Shown: positions 20,070-28,278 of the stretch, in pieces
How the letters are laid out: every line of letters begins with the position of its first letter
Position numbering within the stretch: position 1 is the first letter of the stretch
From: a bacterium
GTDB taxonomy: Bacteria > Patescibacteriota > Minisyncoccia > Moranbacterales > DUUL01
Direction: 5' to 3'
Length of the DNA: 34,774 nt
NCBI GenBank assembly: GCA_030626045.1
Contig: DAOUPS010000001.1
Span: forward strand, 1-34,774
The notes under the pieces: model-generated
Seen by the model: only the letters and a program-made list of their open reading frames with translations
Told to the model about the DNA's origin: nothing
Databases searched by the model: none
Program-made: the position numbers and the translations under genes

Positions 20070-20096
20070 CAGAATACGAGGTTTTCGAATAAGCTC
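20070..20096. mobile_element. Degenerate second copy of the MITE right end
   Basis: CAGAATACGAGGTTTTCGAATAAGCTC vs 8874-8900 CAGGATATGGGGTTTTCAAACAGGCTC: 21/27 identical, all mismatches transitions, followed by TTA. Confidence 0.55.
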
Positions 20097-20948
20097 TTAC
20101 CTCCATTCATCGCACTTTTCAATAAAGACAGCGCATTCGCTTAGGTAGTCTTTCAACTCTCTTTTTATTCTTTTAAGTTTTTCGAGGTTTTCATATAAAT
20201 CCTCCAGATCTTTATCACTGGCACCGGCTTTTTTTGCTTTTTTAATTATTTTTTCTTGTTCGCTAATGGCTTCTTTCACTTCCTTTTTCTTTTTTTCAAT
20301 ATGTTCGCAGTTATTCTTTGATTTCAGATCACAAACTGTTACAGTTCTTAGATCCTCCTGTTTAAGCATGCTTCCAAAATGCTGGACTGATAAAAAGCTC
20401 TTCTTCCCTTCATTTTCGATCTCAACAACAGCCACGCCAATTTCCTCAAAATCAGATGACAAAATATTTTTTCGATGACCTTCACTGCCCATCCACGCAT
20501 CATGAACGCTTTGGGCTGAAAAATAACCTTCCGCTAAATTTTCGCCGACAGTTTTATAGGTATAATCCGCTTGCTCGACAAAAAACCAAGGCTGAAGACC
20601 GTCAGGGGATACGTGCTCAAAATAATTATTACTTTTCATATCATTGGCTTTCAATAACGCTGATTCCATCAACTTTTCGTTTCTTTGCAATAGAGGTAAG
20701 CCCTTTTCTTTGCGCGCTTCATTTGCTAAACTTATGATATCATTAAGTGCTCCGGAAAACTCAGCATTAGCTGTTTCATTGAAATCTGCTGTTTGTTCTA
20801 TGTTTCTTATTATCCCCGCACTGGAATTAATGCTATCGATCTGATCAACTGCACGAGGAATTTGAATATGCAGATCATAAAATTGAACTCCTGCACAAAC
20901 AAGAATGATCAACGAGCTTAACAATATTAACCGTATAATATTTTTCAT
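20097..20948 (-). CDS. CAP (SCP/YkwD-like) domain protein with C-terminal coiled coil
   Basis: N..R...GL..L, YFEHVSPDG, GENLA, WMGSEGHRKNIL, VQHFG; N-terminal TM/signal. Confidence 0.9.
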   Translation of the reverse strand: MKNIIRLILLSSLIILVCAGVQFYDLHIQIPRAVDQIDSINSSAGIIRNIEQTADFNETANAEFSGALNDIISLANEARKEKGLPLLQRNEKLMESALLKANDMKSNNYFEHVSPDGLQPWFFVEQADYTYKTVGENLAEGYFSAQSVHDAWMGSEGHRKNILSSDFEEIGVAVVEIENEGKKSFLSVQHFGSMLKQEDLRTVTVCDLKSKNNCEHIEKKKKEVKEAISEQEKIIKKAKKAGASDKDLEDLYENLEKLKRIKRELKDYLSECAVFIEKCDEWR

Positions 20949-21076
20949 CTTCCTATTTTCATGTGGTCAGTTGTTATGTAATTCGTTGACAAAATTATAA
21001 ACAGCACTCAAAATTTTAGTAAATCAGCTTGTACACAGCCTATCACTTTAGCATTATTCAATCAATAAAATTACCA

Positions 21077-21385
21077 ATGAAATTTAGAATTAACAATTCG
21101 CTCTCTCATTCGATTCCGATAATAATAAGGAGATGCGGCTATTCAAGAATTTTCGATCACCAATCACAACAAGAAAGTTTTGTGAGATTACTAACCAGAA
21201 ATCGCTATCCCAGATTCCACTTGTATGTTTCAGAGGAAGACACTGAAATTATTTTTGATTTGCATCTTGATCAAACCAGATCAAGAATTGCAGGCCAGAC
21301 CGCGCATCGAGCTGACTATGAAAGCGAAGAAGTCCGCGATGAGCTGGCAAGAATATATTTATGTGTCCAGCGTTATATTCAATAA
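21077..21385 (+). CDS. Conserved hypothetical protein (CPR-type YPRFH...HLDQ family)
   Basis: ATG at 21077. RRCGY, SFVR, YPRFHLY, LHLDQ and H.ADY pattern recalled from conserved Patescibacteria proteins. Confidence 0.8.
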   Translation: MKFRINNSLSHSIPIIIRRCGYSRIFDHQSQQESFVRLLTRNRYPRFHLYVSEEDTEIIFDLHLDQTRSRIAGQTAHRADYESEEVRDELARIYLCVQRYIQ

Positions 21386-21410
21386 TGGGATTGTTTCCAA
21401 CATTAAGAAC

Positions 21411-21449
21411 AAAACAGACCCGAGATATAAGATCCGGGCCTGTTCTTTT
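21411..21449. terminator. Probable bidirectional intrinsic terminator
   Basis: AACAGACCCG...CGGGCCTGTT stem with A/T runs on both sides, between convergent genes. Confidence 0.6.
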
Positions 21450-21585
21450 GCAATTATAGAGACTACCAATATTTTAACTGCCCGCAAAGACCGCGCAGCC
21501 TCCCGAAAACGGAAATTCATACACGTGATAACCATAACTGGCTTCATTTATGCTTTAACTGTATTTTCATTTATTGTGTGATCAA

Positions 21586-23502
21586 TTACCAGCTGCCTCC
21601 TCCTCCGCCTCCGCCTCCTCCGCCTGAGCTTCCTCCTCCTGAAAAGCCCGAAGAGGAAGAAGATCTTGGAGGCGTTGAGACCATTCCGGCCACGGTTCCA
21701 AAGTTGTTACTTATCGAACTTGCAAACAAAGACGGACTAAAAGATTTTGATTGTGAAGCGTACCATTCCGGATCATGCGTATAGATCCCTTCAAACGCTT
21801 TCGCCCACTTATCTGCCATCCCAAGCACCATCGCATATGGAAGAACTTTTTCAAAAATATGTTCGTCTTCCTGGAACTTTACTCTGTACCGTTCCGCGGT
21901 GTGGATATATTGTTTCAATCCTTTTACGTGTCTTTCCGCCTCTATGCCATCAAACGTCTTTTTAGACATAAAGATACCGAACCAGATGTTTATTACTCCG
22001 CTTAATGGCAACCCAAATAAAAGATCAATTCTCTGCGCAGACAGGCCGAGTATAAAGCCTGCAATGATCACGACCACTCCAACGGTAATATAGATCGATC
22101 TTTTGTGTACAGTATCTTCTTCAAAATAATCAAGCGCGTCCATTTTTTCCTTGATCTTCTTTTTCGCGGATTCAACTTGAGTATAAAAATTTTTGAGTTT
22201 TGATAAAACCACTGTTTTCCCCACAGTTCTGCCAAATAGGCCGTCAAGAAGTTTCTTTTCATGGGCTGTAAGTAATTCATCGTCTTTCCACTCTTTAAGA
22301 TTTTGTAATTGGTAATCCGCAACACTTTTTGTGCTTTTCTTTCCCGGCTTGCTTTTTGAATTTAACTTAAAAACAAAAAGCATTAAGATCACAAATTCCG
22401 CGATAATAACCAAAAACAACACATAGCTGAACGATGCTTGCCAACTGTCAATCAAAAAGAAACATAGTATAATATCAAAGACAATAATCGGAATAATGAT
22501 TCCGATTATTTTTGCGATCTTTTGAATGTTTTGAAAAATTTCTTTTTTCTCGACTTCGGAAATTTTTAAATACCCCTTCACGGCGAGGTTCACAATGTCA
22601 GCGGACACAAAGTTGACCGCGTATTTTTCTTTCATTAAATATCCAATTTCCCCGGGAGTAAGATTATCAGGCGGTTCATATTGGGCGATTACTGTTCTTC
22701 CGAGATCCAGTTCTTTGCCTCGAGCGATCCACAATAACAGCATTCCGGCAAAAACAAATATCGGCAAGCCAAATCCCCAGTTGTCAATTAAAAAATAATA
22801 CAACTTTTCTTTGAATGACAGTTCTTTAACAAAAGTTGTGGGAAATTCCATGGCAATGGTTAATCCCTCATAAGGATCCAGAACATCTTTTGAAGCAAAT
22901 TTGATCTGATTGGAAGAAACAACGCTTATCGTACACTCACGCTCCCCGCCTCCATAATAACCGGTAAAACAAGCCAGTCCGTCATCTGCCAGTATTAAGT
23001 CTCTGTGTAAGTGCACTGCCACAGTCGCGTCATTTATTGTCGTGGACCATTGAGTGCCGATCGGGTTCCAATATAATTCGGAGTGATCATCAAAAAACCT
23101 TAGCCCGTTCACAACATTATATCGAATATCATAAGTTTGCCTTCCTGTCACAAGCCTGTCCGGATCTCCTATTTTTAAGACGATGCTCCCACTCTCTTTA
23201 TATTTTTTAAATATTCGGCTATTTCCATTTTCATCTGAAACAGCAAAATCATCAAGACGCAGCTTAAAATTGGTCTTTCCAAAACTTTCATATTTAACCG
23301 GAATTTTTCGAAAAATTCCATGGCGCTGTTCTGCAAAATCAACTGTAATGCGTTCTTGAACCGCAAATGTTCCGTCTTCATTGACGTTAATGTCAACGTG
23401 GTAACCATCAATAATAAACCCGCCAAGATCACTTATCGCCTGAACTTGGCTCACGCAAAAAACACAAAAAAGCAAGATTGATGTTATTATCGCTTTTTTC
23501 AT
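21586..23502 (-). CDS. DUF2207 family membrane protein
   Basis: Signal peptide, HGIFRKIP, ELYWN.IG..W, YEPP.NLTP, FEKVLPYAMVLG...W, Gly/Ser tail ending GGGSW. Confidence 0.9.
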   Translation of the reverse strand: MKKAIITSILLFCVFCVSQVQAISDLGGFIIDGYHVDINVNEDGTFAVQERITVDFAEQRHGIFRKIPVKYESFGKTNFKLRLDDFAVSDENGNSRIFKKYKESGSIVLKIGDPDRLVTGRQTYDIRYNVVNGLRFFDDHSELYWNPIGTQWSTTINDATVAVHLHRDLILADDGLACFTGYYGGGERECTISVVSSNQIKFASKDVLDPYEGLTIAMEFPTTFVKELSFKEKLYYFLIDNWGFGLPIFVFAGMLLLWIARGKELDLGRTVIAQYEPPDNLTPGEIGYLMKEKYAVNFVSADIVNLAVKGYLKISEVEKKEIFQNIQKIAKIIGIIIPIIVFDIILCFFLIDSWQASFSYVLFLVIIAEFVILMLFVFKLNSKSKPGKKSTKSVADYQLQNLKEWKDDELLTAHEKKLLDGLFGRTVGKTVVLSKLKNFYTQVESAKKKIKEKMDALDYFEEDTVHKRSIYITVGVVVIIAGFILGLSAQRIDLLFGLPLSGVINIWFGIFMSKKTFDGIEAERHVKGLKQYIHTAERYRVKFQEDEHIFEKVLPYAMVLGMADKWAKAFEGIYTHDPEWYASQSKSFSPSLFASSISNNFGTVAGMVSTPPRSSSSSGFSGGGSSGGGGGGGGGGSW

Positions 23503-23555
23503 TGCGCTATTGGATTTAGGCTAAGTGCCAGTTATATTTGGAAACAGTCCCATAT

Positions 23556-23900
23556 TTATTGAAGTTGAGCTTCATTTTCAATTTTATCACTTGACAGATC
23601 CTCTTCGTTGTATTCACCAGGCAGGGTCTGATTAATAAGCGAGTCTAGTGTTTTCACTTCTTGTCCCAGTTCATCATTTCCGGGATCGGAGAATTCAATT
23701 TGATCTTCCGGAATAATTTCTTCTTTATTTGCTGACTCTTGTTTTTGTTGTTTCTCCTGTTGAGTCTTTTGTTGAATGGCTTGCTGCGGCGGCGATTTCC
23801 TATCTGTCTTCTTTAAAGTCACAGCAATCGACAAAACAACGATCAACAAAATTATTATTGTGATAGCCGTTACAGCAAGATAAATATTCTTTTTATCCAT
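23556..23900 (-). CDS. Hypothetical membrane-anchored protein
   Basis: N-terminal TM followed by Q/K-rich and acidic regions. Confidence 0.75.
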   Translation of the reverse strand: MDKKNIYLAVTAITIIILLIVVLSIAVTLKKTDRKSPPQQAIQQKTQQEKQQKQESANKEEIIPEDQIEFSDPGNDELGQEVKTLDSLINQTLPGEYNEEDLSSDKIENEAQLQ

Positions 23901-23940
23901 ATATTTTGTTTTTATATTAGTTAAATGACATTAAGTATTG

Positions 23941-24630
23941 TTAGTTGCTATCTTCTTGGCTACTGTCTTCTTCCACTTCTTCACTGCTTTTATCCTCGTA
24001 TTTTTCAGTAATTTGCTTTCTTATGTCTAATAGATCCGGCCGTATAACGGTTTGATAGTATTCTCTTACATCAAGCAATTTTGATCGTACTTCGGGAATC
24101 ATTCTTCGAGCTTCGCCAAGTTGTTTTACAAATTCACCTTCTGATTTTCCACAGGCATAATCCTGGGTGTTTTCCAGCTCACCAATAAACAGCGCGTGAG
24201 TATCATGCAGTGCCTGTATTTTTTTCTTCAAAACTACAAGATCCGCCTTTAGTTCTGCCACATCAAAGCCCTCTCTTTCAAATTTCGTTATGAACCGCTC
24301 AATGCGCGACACAAGATTATCAAATATCCTACGGTGCTGTGCTTGATTATTTTCGTAGCGCTTAATTCTAGTGTTTATTCGTGTTTCAATATTTTTACAA
24401 CGTCTTTCTCTTCTTTGTTCACGAATCTCTTCTCGCTCTTCTTTGAGCTTGGTTCTTTCATCTTTTATCTCTTCCATTATCTGCTGTCTCTCTGCGCGAA
24501 TTTGCTCTCTTTCCGCCTTAAGAGTGCTCCAGCTTGTTTCGCTTTCTGTTTCTTCCGTTGTTGCCTGAACACCTCCAAAAACAAGACACCCGCAGGCAAT
24601 CAGTATCGCTACAAATAATATTTTTTTCAT
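23941..24630 (-). CDS. Hypothetical secreted coiled-coil protein
   Basis: MKKILFVAIL signal peptide from ATG 24630; long E/R/K-rich helices with two Cys in the mature part. Confidence 0.8.
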   Translation of the reverse strand: MKKILFVAILIACGCLVFGGVQATTEETESETSWSTLKAEREQIRAERQQIMEEIKDERTKLKEEREEIREQRRERRCKNIETRINTRIKRYENNQAQHRRIFDNLVSRIERFITKFEREGFDVAELKADLVVLKKKIQALHDTHALFIGELENTQDYACGKSEGEFVKQLGEARRMIPEVRSKLLDVREYYQTVIRPDLLDIRKQITEKYEDKSSEEVEEDSSQEDSN

Positions 24631-24766
24631 CGTTTCGCTTTTATTTTTTATTATAAACCATATTAATCTGCAGTATACCACATTATTCTTTTGGCAACAA
24701 TTTTTTGAAATATAGCCACAAAAATAAAATTGGATCTGTTGTTTACGATAATAAAATAAGATGGGA

Positions 24767-24795
24767 TGGACAAATCTTTGAATTTATGCGATAAT
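24767..24795 (+). promoter_or_regulatory. Sigma70-type promoter
   Basis: TGGACA-17 nt-GATAAT with a TGn extended -10. Confidence 0.5.
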
Positions 24796-24874
24796 AGAGT
24801 GCAAAAATAAAAAACATGCGTTCTTCAAAAAAGAAATTTGCCGATGAAAATTTGTGAGAAAAAGGAGGCAAAAG

Positions 24875-25144
24875 ATGAAGCAAGCAATAGCGCCTGAGAT
24901 CAAGAATGGAAACGGAACGTTGGAATTACTGGAGAAAACAGGAGAAGGCTATGAAAATGCGAAACATATGGTTAAAAAGGCACTACGAGCACTCTCGGTA
25001 TCTTTAGAAAATATCACAAAAGATCCATTTGATACTGAGAAGATAGAAAAAGTTGAGGAACAGCAAGATACCTTGAGCACTGCTTATAGAGTGAGGAAAA
25101 AAAGTCATGTTGCCTTTCAAAACGCGAGAAGTAGAGCCGCTTGA
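24875..25144 (+). CDS. Hypothetical helical protein (89 aa)
   Basis: SD AAAGGAGG at 24861-24868, 6 nt before ATG; promoter upstream, terminator downstream. Confidence 0.75.
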   Translation: MKQAIAPEIKNGNGTLELLEKTGEGYENAKHMVKKALRALSVSLENITKDPFDTEKIEKVEEQQDTLSTAYRVRKKSHVAFQNARSRAA

Positions 25145-25174
25145 TTAGCATTGTATATGATGTGCGCATAATAA

Positions 25175-25216
25175 CAGAGGCGATTGAGATCAATCAATCG
25201 TCTCTGAAATTTTTTT
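25175..25216 (+). terminator. Intrinsic terminator
   Basis: CAGAGGCGATTGA-(6 nt)-TCAATCGTCTCTG, 13-bp stem, then AAATTTTTTT. Confidence 0.7.
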
Positions 25217-25257
25217 AAATGGTCGACTTAGAAGTAATCTCTAATAAATTTCCCGAT

Positions 25258-25286
25258 TTGACATATTTTTTTGTTTACCATAGTAT
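25258..25286 (+). promoter_or_regulatory. Sigma70-type promoter
   Basis: TTGACA-17 nt-TAGTAT. Confidence 0.55.
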
Positions 25287-25324
25287 TACATCTTAGTTAG
25301 TAAAAATAGAGGAGGACGTTGAAA

Positions 25325-25504
25325 ATGGTTCTTTCAGTAAAGTGCTCTATATGCCATTGTGAAATGAAGCTTGTCGGTGAAGCTATATTTGACGGACACG
25401 GAAGATTTATTTGCCCGCAATGCCATCAAGAAAAAAGCCTGAAGGCAAAAATATTAAGAATGGTTTTTCCGAAAAGGAGGAGAGAAATAAAATGGGCGGA
25501 GTAG
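25325..25504 (+). CDS. Small zinc-ribbon protein (59 aa)
   Basis: SD GAGGAGG 9 nt before ATG; CSIC...CPQC pair; basic tail. Confidence 0.7.
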   Translation: MVLSVKCSICHCEMKLVGEAIFDGHGRFICPQCHQEKSLKAKILRMVFPKRRREIKWAE

Positions 25505-25605
25505 AAACAGCGCATAGAACACGTGGCCACTGTATTGATTGCGGAAAAGACAATGATGTCGCCCTTGGTAAAACTGAGGGCGTCTTTTATGAGATTCAGA
25601 AGTAA
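25492..25605 (+). CDS. Small protein (37 aa) with a single CxxC, possibly truncated
   Basis: SD AAAAGGAGG at 25472-25480; MGGVETAHRTRGHCIDCGKDND...; overlaps the previous ORF's end. Confidence 0.45.
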   Translation: MGGVETAHRTRGHCIDCGKDNDVALGKTEGVFYEIQK

Positions 25606-25621
25606 AAATCTAGCCAAGTAC

Positions 25622-25659
25622 AAAAAAGAAACGCTGATGGAGAACATCAGCGTTTTTTT
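25622..25659. terminator. Bidirectional intrinsic terminator
   Basis: AAACGCTGATG-GAGAA-CATCAGCGTTT perfect 11-bp stem, A run before and T run after, between the + ORFs and the convergent tRNA. Confidence 0.8.
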
Positions 25660-25732
25660 CGAGTTCGTTGTAATTAAGAATCAAGATAAGATGTTCGCAA
25701 GCTCATTGGCCAAACCGTATTGTCACGGGCTG

Positions 25733-25758
25733 GCCACGTCGCTCGCGAGCGACGTGGC
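25733..25758. repeat. Perfect 26-bp palindrome overlapping the tRNA 3' GCCA
   Basis: GCCACGTCGCTCG|CGAGCGACGTGGC. Confidence 0.85.
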
Positions 25759-25829
25759 TGGGGAGGAGGGATTCGAACCCCCGGATCACAGGATCAAAAC
25801 CTGCTGCCTTACCGCTTGGCTACTCCCCA
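25755..25829 (-). tRNA. tRNA-Gln (anticodon TTG)
   Basis: TGGGGAGTAGCCAAGCGGTAAGGCAGCAGG-TTTTGAT-CCTGTGATCCGGGGGTTCGAATCCCTCCTCCCCAGCCA: cloverleaf, TTCGAAT T-loop, encoded CCA. Confidence 0.96.
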
Positions 25830-25973
25830 ATGTTATTTTACTGCCCCGCCTCCTCGGCGGGTCGCCGATGAGGCGACTGCCCGTCCGAAGCTTTAGCGCA
25901 GGCGGGGCTACTCCCCAATATTATTCAAATAATTTTCCAGCTTATTTATATAGCACAAAGAAATGCAAATAAG

Positions 25974-26002
25974 ATTCTATATCAGAATCTCGCCAATGTC
26001 AA
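25974..26002 (-). promoter_or_regulatory. Sigma70-type promoter for tRNA-Gln
   Basis: TTGACA-17 nt-TAGAAT. Confidence 0.7.
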
Positions 26003-26013
26003 TTAAGGCAATG

Positions 26014-27081
26014 TTATTCAAGCGCGGTTATTCCCGGCAATTCCTTGCCGGCCAAAAATTTCAGCATTGCCCCGCCACTCATCGAAACATAATCAAAATC
26101 ATCAAAACTTCCAAACTGCTTTATCGCATCAAGAGTCTCGCCCCCTCCAACAACTTGCATTGCCTTCTTATTTTCAATTATCGCCTTCTGGATCTTCTTC
26201 GTCCCTTCAGCAGATTCTTCAACTTCATACTTTCCCATAGGCCCATTCCAAACAATTGTCTTGGCTTTTCTTATGTATTTAGTAAAATTTTCAATCGTTT
26301 TCGGACCAATATCAACTCTTAGTTTTGCTTTCGCGCTTGGAGAATAATCAACAGGCAGAATAATTTTTTCGCCCAGTGATATTTTTTCATCAATTGCTTC
26401 ATTGGCAATTAAACCACCGACTAAAATATGATCGTATGTTTTTAGCATATTTTTAATAACTGGAAGTTTTGTCGCGATTTTCGCCCCTCCGATCACCATA
26501 ACAGCAGGATGTTGCGGACTGTCTTTTACTTTTGAAAGATTCGTAAACTCTTTCTCAAAAAGCAGGCCCATGCACTTTTCACTTGTAAATTTCGGTATTC
26601 CAACAAACGAAGCATGCGCCCGATGGCTTACTGAAAAAGCATCATTCACATATACATCGAAAAGCGTACCGATAGACTTCGCAAATGTTTCCTCATTAGC
26701 CTCCTCTTGATACCAAAAACGGACATTTTCAAAAAGAAAAAGTGCGCCGGAAGTATGCTTAGATGACGATACAAGGCGTTTCAGTTCTTGCAGATCGTCA
26801 ATCATCGCAACCTTTATTCCTGATACTTCTCCCAATTTTTTTGCAATGAGCTTATTGGAAAGCTCTTCGGTACGTCTTCCATCAGGACGTCCGAAATGAT
26901 TAATTAGAACAACTATTTCAGGATCTTGTTTTAGGACATAGTCAAGCGTCGGCAGTGATGCCTGCAGTCGCGTGTCATCAATAATGATCCCATTTTTAAT
27001 AGGTAAGTCAAAACCAACGCGAATAATTACTTTTTTTCCTCTTAGGTCTGTATCTTTTAGTGATCTCATAAGCGTATTCAT
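26014..27081 (-). CDS. pgk: Phosphoglycerate kinase (short form)
   Basis: HFGRP, ENVRF, YVNDAF..SHRAHAS, GGAK, DIGPKT, VWNGPMG, GGGET, SGGAML. Confidence 0.93.
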   Translation of the reverse strand: MNTLMRSLKDTDLRGKKVIIRVGFDLPIKNGIIIDDTRLQASLPTLDYVLKQDPEIVVLINHFGRPDGRRTEELSNKLIAKKLGEVSGIKVAMIDDLQELKRLVSSSKHTSGALFLFENVRFWYQEEANEETFAKSIGTLFDVYVNDAFSVSHRAHASFVGIPKFTSEKCMGLLFEKEFTNLSKVKDSPQHPAVMVIGGAKIATKLPVIKNMLKTYDHILVGGLIANEAIDEKISLGEKIILPVDYSPSAKAKLRVDIGPKTIENFTKYIRKAKTIVWNGPMGKYEVEESAEGTKKIQKAIIENKKAMQVVGGGETLDAIKQFGSFDDFDYVSMSGGAMLKFLAGKELPGITALE

Positions 27082-27127
27082 AAGGATTTAGAAAAATATG
27101 GCAAGACAAGATATTGTATTTTGAGTG

Positions 27128-28252
27128 TTAGTTGCCTTTATCAATATCACTTTGTTGGAATTCTTTATATTTATCTTCCACAAAATTTTTAATTTTATTT
27201 TGAAAATTTTCTCTTTTAAATTCCAGTGACGTCTTTCGAATATATTCCGGGTCAAACGTAAGCGTCCGGAAATGTTTCACGGCATTGACCACATTATCAA
27301 CGGTCTGCTTTTCAAAAAACACTCCTGTCTTCCCTTCTTCAACATGCTCTACAATATCACCGGCACGATAGGCGATCACCGGTCGGCCGGAAGCTAACGC
27401 TTCAATCGCCACAATGCCAAAATCTTCTTCTTGAGGAAATAAAAACGCCTGCGCCTTTGAGTAAATATCTTTTAATCTCTCATCGGAAACATGCCCTAGA
27501 AATTCAATATTGGGACCCGCAATTTTCTGCAAACTGCCACGTTCCATTCCTCTACCGACGATCTTTAAAGGCAATTTTAATTCATTGAACGCCTTGATCA
27601 CTAAATCCATTCGCTTATACTTCATCATTCTTCCTACCATAAGAAAATATTCTTCAACTGATTCTCTTTTCGAAATATGAAAATTGTCAATATTCACAGA
27701 TGGATGAATAACATCAGCATTTCGCTGATAGTATTTTTTGATCCTTCCTGCGACAAAATTTGAGTTCGCCACAAAATGATCAACACCATTCGTTCCATAA
27801 TAATCCCACATTCGAATATAGTTCATTAACAAAGGAACAAATTTTTTTATAATTTTTGGAAAATTGAACTCTTGAGTGTAATATTGGCAGTCATCCCACC
27901 CATAACGCATCGGGGTATGGCAATAGGAAATGTGTAAAGTATCACTATTTGTAATTATATTTTTCGCGAAACTTGAAGAATCTGATATAACGACATCATA
28001 ATAACCCAAACTGAACTGTTCAGTTGCCAGCATCATAAGCGGAGGAAATAAACGATGGTGTTTTCTTGAAAACGGCACTCTTTGAAGAAATGATGTCCGT
28101 ACAGTTTTTTTGTCAAACTTGCCATGTACTAGCCGCGGCTCGTGTACTAAGGTGTAGATCGGAGCGTAAGGCCAAATTTCACAGAGCGCTTCAAGCACTC
28201 TTTCTGCTCCTCCATATTGGATAAGATAATCATGAACTAGTGCGATCTTCAT
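27128..28252 (-). CDS. GT4 glycosyltransferase (WbaZ-like)
   Basis: ALVHDYL..GGAERVL, YCHTPMRY.WD, EEDFGIVAIEALASGRPVIAY. Confidence 0.92.
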   Translation of the reverse strand: MKIALVHDYLIQYGGAERVLEALCEIWPYAPIYTLVHEPRLVHGKFDKKTVRTSFLQRVPFSRKHHRLFPPLMMLATEQFSLGYYDVVISDSSSFAKNIITNSDTLHISYCHTPMRYGWDDCQYYTQEFNFPKIIKKFVPLLMNYIRMWDYYGTNGVDHFVANSNFVAGRIKKYYQRNADVIHPSVNIDNFHISKRESVEEYFLMVGRMMKYKRMDLVIKAFNELKLPLKIVGRGMERGSLQKIAGPNIEFLGHVSDERLKDIYSKAQAFLFPQEEDFGIVAIEALASGRPVIAYRAGDIVEHVEEGKTGVFFEKQTVDNVVNAVKHFRTLTFDPEYIRKTSLEFKRENFQNKIKNFVEDKYKEFQQSDIDKGN

Positions 28253-28278
28253 GTTTTATTTTCAATGGAAACAATCTC

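Noticed and set aside
21359..21547. 62-aa minus-strand ORF
   Set aside because: Crosses a terminator and overlaps a convergent gene; no motifs.
21590..21670. CCT/CCG trinucleotide repeats and the poly-Pro plus-strand ORF
   Set aside because: Just the antisense of the Gly/Ser tail typical of DUF2207 proteins.
24700..25755. Prophage or integrative element at tRNA-Gln
   Set aside because: No integrase, and I could not find a duplicated tRNA 3' end (att site); kept only as an ORFan islet.
25523..25972. 149-aa plus-strand ORF
   Set aside because: Reads through a terminator, the antisense tRNA and GC-rich hairpins; open by chance.
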